From Octopus sinensis (taxonomy: Eukaryota): 64,000 nucleotides of DNA. The DNA is taken from contig NC_043009.1 of NCBI RefSeq assembly GCF_006345805.1, forward strand, positions 21,080,001 through 21,144,000. Direction: 5' to 3'. The notes under the pieces are model-generated. The model was not told the DNA's origin and did no database searches. It saw only the letters and a program-made list of their open reading frames with translations. Positions 25,801 to 37,204 of this stretch are shown piece after piece (the first letter of the stretch is position 1; each line of letters starts with the position of its first letter). A program made the translations under genes and the position numbers.

Positions 25801-28800
25801 AAATATCTTAGAAATCAGTACTCTACTAATGCTTCTTTTAGCAACCAAACTCAAAAGCAAAGCTAGTTGGGGTTCAAATTCAGAATGTAAATGGATGTAA
25901 ATACTACAAGGTATTTTGTCCTCCATTTTGCAGATTCTAGCAATCCTGCAAAATCAAAACCTCAATAACAAAAACCCATTTTCATCTAAATTCACCCCAA
26001 AACATTTCAGTGAATACAAAATTGCTATCATTTACTTACTTTGCCTGTTTCAATCAAATTGGTTAACATGACTAACTTGGTGCAATTTACTTGCCACAAC
26101 ATTTGCCAAAAGTCCGTAATGATTGCTGAAGTGGGTCCTTGAGAAGCAATATATTTCTTTGGTTTATTAAAACCCTATAAAGAATGAAAACATAACATTA
26201 AATACTGCAATTAACCTTTTGGCAAATATTGGCCATACTTATATAATTTCAATTAAACACAACTCTAACAGTATACAGGGAGAGGTACACATTGTAAAGA
26301 ATAGTTAAGTAAATAAAAAATCTGGCAAGGGCATAACTCAAAAGTAAATAAATCATAAATATTGGGATAATGGATCAAAGTTCTAATAAAAATTGGTAAA
26401 AAACAGGAGGGAGGTTATACAATTAAATATTCTATACAGTTATTATTACTTAACTGCTGCCATTAGGTAATAATAATAATAATAATAATTTATTCTTTTT
26501 ATTGGCCACAAGGGCTGACACACATGATTAGAAAACATAAAGGGACAAAACAGGATGAAAGGTTACAAAGGGTTTTGTCCGTTTTTGAAAAAATTTGAGT
26601 AAAAACTGTTTAACAACGAAAGATTGTAACAATGAAAAAAACTCCCAATAGGGGGAGGCGCTTCGAAAGGTTCCTGGTGGAAAAAACACCATAAAAGCCA
26701 AAGGGAGCCTGGTCAAAAGGGGGGTAGAGAGCCCCTTTCTCCTTTTATAATACCCTTTTCAATCACAGGCGAAACCTGAGAACTGGTCCATTTATACTGG
26801 CCATTCTCGCACAATTCACCCACCTTTCAGAAAACTTGCTATCGGACAGCACTCTCCTCTCTAACCTCATCTTCCTTTTCAAGTGAAACTTGAAAAAGTT
26901 GATGAGGCCTTGACCAAAGAGGAAAGTGTCTGACTTTAGCCCTTTCAAACGGGTCCACCATACAACCTCTTTCGCCACAGCCACTAGGCACAAGAAAACG
27001 GCCTCGCCCTCCTCGTTAAAGGAGGTCGGAGGGGGCAATCTTCACTATGGATTCGGCTGATAGCCGGATCCGTCCTACACGTGACAGTAGCTGTTCAACA
27101 TAAACCCATAGTTCAGCAATACTCGGGCACTGGACGAGTGCGTGCAGAACGGTTTCGTCGTCCTGGCAACACCTTGGGCAGGCCCGGCTGACGGCACTTC
27201 CGTGCCGGTAGAGTTTATCCCGAACAGGCAGAGCCCCTCGGTAGCACTGCCAGGCGAGCGACTTCTGGAAATTATCCATTGGCTCCGGCCCGAAAGTCCT
27301 TCCGAACAGACCGCTCAGTTCGTTATCGTCAACACCTAGAGTTTCCCCGAGAATGTCGTCGCATTTTTCCTCCACTAACCCTCTATAGAACGCTAGAGTG
27401 GAGCTGAAACCGATCGCATTGCCCGCCTGGCGGGGGGCGGAGAGAGCTTGACGGCACTCGAGGTGTCAAGCGCCCTTTCTCGGTCTACGTTTGATCCAGG
27501 TCTGCAGCTCTGTCAAAGAGATGAGCTGCGGAAAGTCGCGTCTGACAAAAGACGACCACACCTGTACACCGTCTAGGAAACGCTTGAGATGTCGCAGCCT
27601 GAGCGCATGTCTGCGCATCAGTAACCACGGCATTCCAAGGCCTCCGTTCAGTGGTCGTTGACAGCAGATGGATCGCCTGACCAGTGGCACCTGACCCTTC
27701 CAAAAAAAGTCGAAGAGCAGGCGTACCAGCTTGGCCAACCAGCGGTTGAGACAAGGGACGACAGTCAAGCGGTAATAGATGACGGATGCGATGTACGCAT
27801 TCGCCACCTCCGCTCGACCTTTCAGGGACAGCTTCCTCTCGGCCCATTTCTGGGTGAGACGTGCCACCCTGCTTGTCACCTCTTCCCAGTTTTTATCCAC
27901 CTGGAGGTCCGGACCGAACTAAACCCTGAGCAGTTTAACGGGTCCATCTGTCCAGCGCCCTACGACGCTGTTGGACGGCATAGGCTTGCCTCTCCAGGTG
28001 CCCAGTTGCAAGCCCACAAACTTTTCTGTGTTAATCTTTGCCCCTGTCACCACTTCGTACTCGTTTAGTGTCTCACCAATCAGGCCAATGTGCCTGTTGC
28101 TCAACACCATCACGGTGATGTCGTCAGCATAGGCAGACACGCTGTTTCCGCTTCCTAGATCGCGCGGGATACCCCTCAAAGCCTCCAACTTGCGCAGCAA
28201 TGGCTCGAGAGTCAATATGTACAAGAGGAAGGAGAGAGGGCATCCTTGGCGGACCAAACGCGAGATGTCGAACGGTTCCGAAAGGTGACCGTTCACCCGT
28301 ATCACCGAGCAGATGTTGCTGTATAAAGCAGCAATCCACCCGCGGAAGACTGGACCGAAGCCAGCTGCCTTGAGAACACCTGTCAGGTACCGATGATCGA
28401 CCCTATCAAAGGCTTTACTCTGATCTAAGTTGATCAAAGCCCCACCCGCGCCAGCGTCGTTACCCACCCTATCTATGATGTAGCGCATGAGATGGAGGTT
28501 GTCGTGTATCGACCTGGTCGGCACAGCGCGTGTCTGCGTCTTGCCGACCAGCTTGTCCATGACAAGCGCCAATCTCTTGGCTAGCATCTTGGCCAAAATT
28601 TTCAACTCTGCATTGAGCAGAGTGATGGGCCGAAAATTCCCTATAATGTCCCCCTTGTTTGGGTCCTTTTTTAGCAAAGCCACCACCCCTCGACAGTCAA
28701 AAGCAGGAATTCTCCCGTTTTGCTGCCAGTTGCAGTAGACGTTTGCCAACAGGCCCGCAAACAAGTCTGGCATTAAAGTGTAAAGCTCGTAGGGCAGACC

Positions 28801-31800
28801 ATCCAAACCTGGCAATCTACCTCTCGTGCAACTCTTCATCCCTTCCTCCACTTCCCAGGCAGATATCGGTCCTTCGCAGCACTCTGCCTCGCTGTCTGAG
28901 AGTTGCGGTAGGCCGTCCAGGTACACACCAAAGTCTGCACCATTGTGCATTCCACCGCTCGTCCCAAACAGTTGAGCAAAGTGCCGCTGAAACACCGTAC
29001 ACATCTGCTTTGGTTCGGTAACCTCGCACCTATTCTGGTCCACCAAAGACCGAATGGTTGCTTTGTTGCCTCACTTCGCCTCTGCCACGCGGGCCCATCG
29101 AGTGGCTCTAGTCCCCTCCCCGCTTAGCGAACGTGCCTTAGCTCTGACAACGCAGCCTTCGTGTTTGGCGTCAAAGTGTTGGTCGAGGGCCAACCTTGCC
29201 GCCAACATGTCGGTCGCGATGCCAGTCTCAAGAGCCTCGTCTAGTTTCTTAACTAAATCCTGCTCTCTCTTCCTACGTTCAATAGCTAGAGTCTTACTAA
29301 ACCTAATCGACTCTACTCTAATTGCTCTCTTGATGGCAAACCACCAGTTGTTGTTGATGATTGCCCCTGTGAGCGCCCGCTTAACTAGTAAACTAATCCG
29401 GTCTCTGTAAGCTTTGCACGCCGTTAACGACGCGTTCAGATTCCAGTAGCCGGGTCCCTGTCTATGTAGCCTATCTAAGTCGACCGTACAGATCACGAAT
29501 TTATGGTCCGTGTAGTCGACTAGGTGGAATTGTGGACACCCTATGCTGTCCTTATCCACTGGTCTACAAAACACTCTATCTAAGTACGATCTAGACGACC
29601 CGATGCGATTGGTCCAAGTCCACATTGGCACATTCGGGTTGTCTAGTCAAAACCTGTCGGACAGCTGAAAGCGTCTGAGTAGGTTGGCGAGGCTCTTGCA
29701 CCCTCCTCTCCTATCAGATGCTTCCCTGCCCACCCGATCGAAACGTGCGTCTAAGACAGCGTTCCAATCCCCAACTAGCACTAGAGTGCATGACGTTCGC
29801 AGGAAAACTTCCAGACGTTTGAAATAATCCGACTGCCCTGCTCCTGTCGGAGCGTAGGCAGCCAGCAGTCTGAAAGCACCGCCGTCACTACCGTCTACGT
29901 CAAGGACTACCAACTTACCTTCCGGATCCAGGAAGACTGTCCTTATTTTCAAATCCAGGCCCTTCTGAAACAACACCACAGTACCACCACCGTCCGCTCC
30001 CGGCCGACACGGAGATAGAAATATCTCGTATCCGCCAAAAAGGGCTGCAAGTTCCTGCGGGTCGGAGAGCCTGGTTTCACTGATGGCTGCTACATCCACA
30101 TCATGAAACCTAAGGTCGTTTAACAGGTGACCCTGTTTCCAAGGTGACCCGAGGCCTCTCACATTCAAGCAACCGATTCTAAGTTTTGCCATGTTTTAAA
30201 GGTGGAAAGAAAAAATAAAAGGAGAAAAAAAGGCTCTACTTACTGTTGTTGGTGGTGGGGGTGGCTCCCTTGTGCTTTTGCACGGGTGCTTCCACAATAT
30301 TTTTATATAGTTTCTTTGAGAAACTTTTCCCTAGCGATCCCACATCATTAGGGAAGATTTTTATTGTGAGAATGTGTGCTGGTGGTGTGTTGTGTGTTGG
30401 TATAACGAAATCTGTTATATTTGTACTTGTTTTGTCTTTTAGATACGCAACTAGCTTTTCATTCTTTGTGTTTATTGATGTAACTGTGTCTGTGTGTGTT
30501 GGTGTGTGTGACAGTGGCAGTAGTGGTGTCGAAAGTGTTGTTGTTGTTTGTTGTTGTGAATGTGTGTTGTTGTTGTTGTTGTTGATGTTGGGAAGCACTA
30601 TTTGTTCGTGCTTCCCCTGTGAGTCCTTTTGTTTTTCCCTCCTTTTCTTTTTTGGAGGCACTGTGTGCCATTCCCCTTTCTCGGTATCAGTGCTCGCACA
30701 ATCCGAGCTATCTTGATCCGGAAAGGGGATGACTGTTGGGTCTGCTTCATCAGCAGGGCGAAAGATTTCTGTTGGTTCTGCTGGTAGCGGTGTTGTTGCT
30801 GTGTCTATTGGTGATGATGACGGTGTTGGTGTTTCTACTGGTTTTTTAGTTGTCGTTTTTCTTGGTGCTGGGGTTGGTGTTGGTTTGGTGGTTGTTGTTG
30901 GAGGTGGCGTCGTTCGTCGTGGTGGTGATGATGGTGTTGGTGGTGTTGCAGCCTTTGGTGTTTCGTGCTGTTGTTGTTGTTGTTGCTGCTGCTGCCTCTT
31001 GCCGTTTGCCTCCATTCTTTTTTTGTGAATGGGGCAGTCCCTCTTTAGGTGGCTTTCGCTGCTGCAGAGGTAACATTTTGGCTTTCGCCCCTCCACAGTA
31101 ACGCGCAGCCTGGTTCCATCTGGTAAATTTACCGAGTCAGGTATGGCATTAATATTTTCCTGCTGGATTTGTACCAGCAGTTGAACTCCCATACCTGACC
31201 AGTTTTTCTCCTTCACCCTTTGTACATCTAGAATAGTGGCAGTGTCCTCTATGTCATAGAGGACAGCCATCACCAGCCATGATATATGCAGTTCGGGTGG
31301 TACTGTGTCTATTTTCATTTTTTGGACCCTTCGCCTGAGGTATGATGGTACCAGGAACAAACTTTCATTTTGCAAGGGCGAAATAGCATGCGCCCTTGCA
31401 TCCTCTTCTGTTGGGAAGTGAACCTCCACGGTTCCGTAACACTTCCCTCTGGTGACATAGCTCTTTTTGGCCCATATGGGCTTCAGAGCTATTTCCAATT
31501 GTTGGGGTGTTGCGTTCGTCACTCTTTTGATTTTTTTGTCAAATACCTTGTAAATTATTGTTTTCTTGTTTGTATCATTTATGAGTTGTTGAGGTGTATT
31601 GAGGAAAACAGTGTTTCTCTCTTTTCTCAACAACTCCTTTGCGGATTTTATTTGATGTATTGTAACTTTTATTTCCTCCGAATTTTCTTTTGTGGCGGAG
31701 GCGAAATTACTATGGTAGCTTGTTGTTTTGTTGCTGGTGGTTGTGTCGGTGTGGTTGCTGGTCATTTTCTTTGCTTCTTTTTCTGGTGCTGTTGCACTGG

Positions 31801-32341
31801 TGGAAAGAAAAGAAGCAAAATCTTTGTTGACGTCAAAGGCGACGCCATCGTTGTTCTGTCTCTTCGGAACGCTCTTTCTTCCATCCTTCTCCAGTGCTGG
31901 GAGATTGGTAGCGGGAAGAGGAGGGAAATCTTTGATGACATCGAAAGTGACGCCTTCGTTTTTATTTTCATTTGGAATGTTTTGCTTTCCAGCACGTACC
32001 ATTGGAATATTTTCTTTGCCTTTTAAGGTGTGAAATGGGCGGTTTGGAGCCGCTAACGAAATTTTTTTGTGTGGTGGGTGTGAAGCTTGAAGGAGAGAAC
32101 AGCCAGTTCTCTTCATAGCCATTTTGAAAATTTGTGAGTGAAATGTATACAAAAGTCAAATATTAAACAGTGATTTTACCCCCAATGGGGTAAAATTTTG
32201 CCTAGCCAACTAGCTCCGCAAGAAGTTAGTTGGCTTGGCCACACAAATATCGAAAAATATAAAAACTTTACACAGGATTTCTAACAAAATTTGCAGAAAA
32301 CTTACGGAGCAGCTTCGCACATGTCCGTTGTCTCGGAAAGA

Positions 32342-32396
<55 letters not shown>

Positions 32397-33493
32397 TGAA
32401 TTTTCTTTTCTTTTCTCCCATTTTTCTTTTTCCATTTTATATATTTTTCCTTTTCATCCTATCACATAATTTGACTGTATATGAACAAACTGGTGTATTT
32501 ATTTTAATGGCCTGCCTATGTATACAGTAAGTTTCTTGTCCTAGGTGTTGGGAAGACACTCAGAAAGAAATGGAAACAAAATAAAATAAAAATAATAATG
32601 ATGATGATGATGATGATAATAATACCCAGTTTGAACAGCATGAGGGATGTGCAGCAACTGTAGTTGTAAAGAAGGTGAAATCAATAGCAAAACAAAATGT
32701 GTTTGAACAATTGGCTGATATGTAGGAACAAAAACCTCTACATGGCAAATATGTGGCCCGTAACATACAAGCTGATGTAGACCAGAAGCACACCCATCAG
32801 TGGCTACAGAGCTCGGGACTAAAGATAGAGTGAAGGCTTTATCTTAGCTGCCCAAGATCGGAGCTTATTGACCCGGAGCTATCAGGCTAAATAATAATAT
32901 GCCCTGATGCAGTAGCAGGTACTGGTTTTCATGGCTTCTGATCTTAACTGATTGGAAGTGTTACCATGCGCATGGTTTGATATAAAAAAGATGGGCTACA
33001 GTAAATATTCTGCTCAATACCACTTGTCAGTTGTTGGACCATAACCAACTGAGCATGTCCCTTGGTGGCTGATGATATGTGCAGCTCTGATCATAAGCAG
33101 AAGTAGTGGGGGAGCATCATAGCCATGTGTTGAGAGGGATTCTTTGGGGCTTGAATAATTCACCTCTGGAAACACAGGTGTTTCATCCAACATCCTTAAA
33201 TAACCCTTATTCAGGGACCTTTGAACAGGTTGGGTTACTTGATCTGAAGAAAATTCTAAATGGGCCCCCACCTGCAAGGTCATGCACTGTTTTATCTTGA
33301 TATGAGATCACCATGTGTGATGCATGTACCTGGTGTACCCTTATCAGACGGATGGTCATGATATACCAAACTTGGAATATCAAACTTTGTATATTTGTGC
33401 CCCAGTGTCACTTTGATGGTATGTGTTGCACTCTCACTCTAAAATAATATAAAAAGAATAATAATAATAGTAATAATGATAATAATAATAATA

Positions 33494-33534
<41 letters not shown>

Positions 33535-36500
33535 TGAATTTTCTTTTCTTTTCTCCCATTTTTCTTTTTCCATTTTATATATTTTTCCTTTTCATCCTAT
33601 CACATAATTTGACTGTATATGAACAAACTGGTGTATTTATTTTAATGGCCTGCCTATGTATACAGTAAGTTTCTTTGTCCTAGGTGTTGGGAAGACACTC
33701 AGAAAGAAATGGAAACAAAATAAAAATAAAAATAATAATGATGATGATGATGATGATAATAATACCCAGTTTGAACAGCATGAGGGATGTGCAGCAACTG
33801 TAGTTGTAAAGAAGGTGAAATCAATAGCAAAACAAAATGTGTTTGAACAATTGGCTGATATGTAGGAACAAAAACCTCTACATGGCAAATATGTGGCCCG
33901 TAACATACAAGCTGATGTAGACCAGAAGCACACCCATCAGTGGCTACAGAGCTCGGGACTAAAGATAGAGTGAAGGCTTTATCTTAGCTGCCCAAGATCG
34001 GAGCTTATTGACCCGGAGCTATCAGGCTAAATAATAATATGCCCTGATGCAGTAGCAGGTACTGGTTTTCATGGCTTCTGATCTTAACTGATTGGAAGTG
34101 TTACCATGCGCATGGTTTGATATAAAAAAGATGGGCTACAGTAAATATTCTGCTCAATACCACTTGTCAGTTGTTGGACCATAACCAACTGAGCATGTCC
34201 CTTGGTGGCTGATGATATGTGCAGCTCTGATCATAAGCAGAAGTAGTGGGGGAGCATCATAGCCATGTGTTGAGAGGGATTCTTTGGGGCTTGAATAATT
34301 CACCTCTGGAAACACAGGTGTTTCATCCAACATCCTTAAATAACCCTTATTCAGGGACCTTTGAACAGGTTGGGTTACTTGATCTGAAGAAAATTCTAAA
34401 TGGGCCCCCACCTGCAAGGTCATGCACTGTTTTATCTTGATATGAGATCACCATGTTGTGATGCATGTACCTGGTGTACCCTTATCAGACGGATGGTCAT
34501 GATATACCAAACTTGGAATATCAAACTTTGTATATTTGTGCCCCAGTGTCACTTTGATGGTATGTGTTGCACTCTCACTCTAAAATAATATAAAAAGAAT
34601 AATAATAATAGTAATAATGATAATAATAATAATAATAATAACAATAATAATAGTAGTACTAATAATATCCAGTTATAAATACTTGGGAATACTTCAGGCA
34701 GAAGGAATTAGACACAACAATATGAAAGAAAATACCAAGAAAGAGTCATTATCAGCATTGTTTGACCGTGGTCGAGACAATGGAATTTACTATGTTATGC
34801 CAGACTTCACGGTCCATCATAGCATTACGGAGATCCTGTTGCTGGATGCCTGTATCCCTGGAGATTACATCAGGGTAGGAGAGTGTACGCCCTCTGGTAT
34901 CGCGAGCAGATGGCTTCCAGAGGAGAAGAGTAGAAATTACCTCGTTTTCAGCTCTACAACAATGTCCAGCAAACTGGACTCTTCTACCTTTCACAAGAGA
35001 TGATATAGGTGGTAGTTTCCCATATATTTGTACTTTGGTTGGATGACGCTTCCACGAGAGATTTTGAGCTCTCATAAGGAGGCGAGTGTAAGTTCCATCC
35101 AACTGCCTCTCAAGCTTCTTTGATAATGTCCACGTTTCTGAGCCATATAGTAGAATTGGTTCGACTGTGGCTTTGAAGATTTTAAGTTTGAAATCTCTAC
35201 TTAGATTTGATGACCAGATCTTATGCATATCATTACAGGCTGACCAGGCCATACCCTTTCTAGTTAGAAAATCTTTTTCAGATGATGATATGTATAACCC
35301 AAGATATTTGTAATCAGAAACCATATTTAAGGGCGTATTTAAGAGAGTATGGATGATGAAATCACTGTTGGACAGGCACTTGTTTACATATTCAGTCTTG
35401 GACAATTTGAGGCTTGTTCAAGAGATTGTAAAAGAGACTGGGCATTGGAGAGAGAATCACTGATAAGAAGAGTAGGGGCCAGAGCAAAGCTTCTAATTCT
35501 CCAAATGTCATCAAAGCCAGAAACCATCTAAAGTCTATATCACTAGCTTACCACCATTCTCCATCCCAGTCACTAAAGACCTAGCTCATAACTGCCAAGA
35601 AGAATCTTGATGAGGCTTACTTGAACGCTGAGGTTGACTTTATCAACGGCAAAATTAGCAAACTATCCAAAGATCACATTAGTAAAAAACACCATCTTGC
35701 CTGGAAATCCATCAAAGACCTATTAGGTAAAAATTCTGGGTCATCAATTAGAATCAAAGGGGGATCAGCTAAGAAGCGTTTAGAAAATTGATCAATTCAT
35801 TTTAAAAACCTTCTTGGAAAAAGAAAGAGTAGCTGCAGTGAGTGAGAAAAATATTGGCTTCAGAATTGCATGTCAGAAATATAATTTCCTCAATAAACTC
35901 ACAAGCAGTCACAGTAGTTTGGTACGGTGCTGGAATCCTGAAGTGGACATAAGAGGAGCTAAAGGAGTTGGATAGGAAGTCAAGAAAGCTCCTAATGATA
36001 CATAGAGCCCATCATCCACATGCAGACACTGTTTGCCTATACAGGGAGAGAGCAAATGGAGGAAGAGGACTAATAAATGAGGAAGACTGCTTACATATTG
36101 TCCTCAGGAACTTAATGAGATACCGATCCCAAAGTAAGAAAACCTTGCTAGTGTCAGTTAGGAATGAGGGAGTTTTGAAAGCAGAGAAAAAAAGGAAAAA
36201 CAAAGAAGTACAGAAAGGACATGAAGAAGAATTACACAACAAGGGACAACACAATCAATTCCATGTGGCCACAACAGAAGTTTCTGGAAAACAGGTAGGA
36301 TTGGCTGAAGGAAGAACACTGAAAAAAGAGATTGAGAGCATTATACTGGCAGTGCAAGACCGAGCTTTGGCCATGAATTGAAGGGTCAACCTTAGGAATG
36401 AGCAAGTGTCTCCACTGTGCTGCATCTGTAATAGAGTGGATGAAACCATTACCCATATTGCGAACAAATGCCTTAGGCTTGTCCAAAACGACTACAAGTT

Positions 36501-37166
36501 GTGGTGACACAATGAGATAGCGAAAGTGCTATATTGGAAACTGTGAAAAGTGGGGGCTAGAGAGAGGTAAGATGTGGTATGAGAACAATCCACAGAAAGT
36601 GAAAGAGTTGGAGACCTGCAAAATCCTCAGGGATTTCCTAATCCAAAAAGATCAGGTGCTAAAGCATAACAGACTGAACCTAGTGACGGTGGAGAAGATG
36701 CACCACATGTCCTATTGAGTTGATGTTGCATGCCCCTTTGACCCATGGATAGTCAAGAAGCAAGGTGAAAAAATAGATGTATATACATCCCTCTTAAGTA
36801 CCAAATAGCCCAGCTATAGAAAATGAAGAAGGTGAAGATAGGGCCAATTATTGTTGGGTCCTTGGGAACAGTATCAGAAGACATCAAGAGAAATATAAAG
36901 GAAATTAGATAGAGAGCCCAGTAGAACTGTTACAAAAGTTTTGTCTCCTTGGCACAGTAAGAATAATCAGGAAAGTATTAGATAGCTGAAAAGAATGGCC
37001 AGCATAGCATCATAGGCTGCAGGCAGTAAGTCTACGATGTATGCATGACTCCAAGAGTTACAACAAAACCTGAGATCATCATCATCATCATCGTTTAGCG
37101 TCCGCTTTCCATGCTAGCATGGGTTGGACGGTTCAACTGGGGTCTGGGAAGCCTTCTGGCTTCCCA

Positions 37167-37204
<38 letters not shown>

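Larger units (their letters stand above)
26490..32340 (-). mobile_element. Full-length Tx1/L1-clade non-LTR retrotransposon inside an (AAT)n tract
   Basis: 5' UTR, ORF1 with CCHC knuckle, ORF2 with APE + RT + C-terminal zinc finger, 3' UTR with two AATAAA; (AAT)n on both flanks (26469-26489, 32342-32394). Confidence 0.93.
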
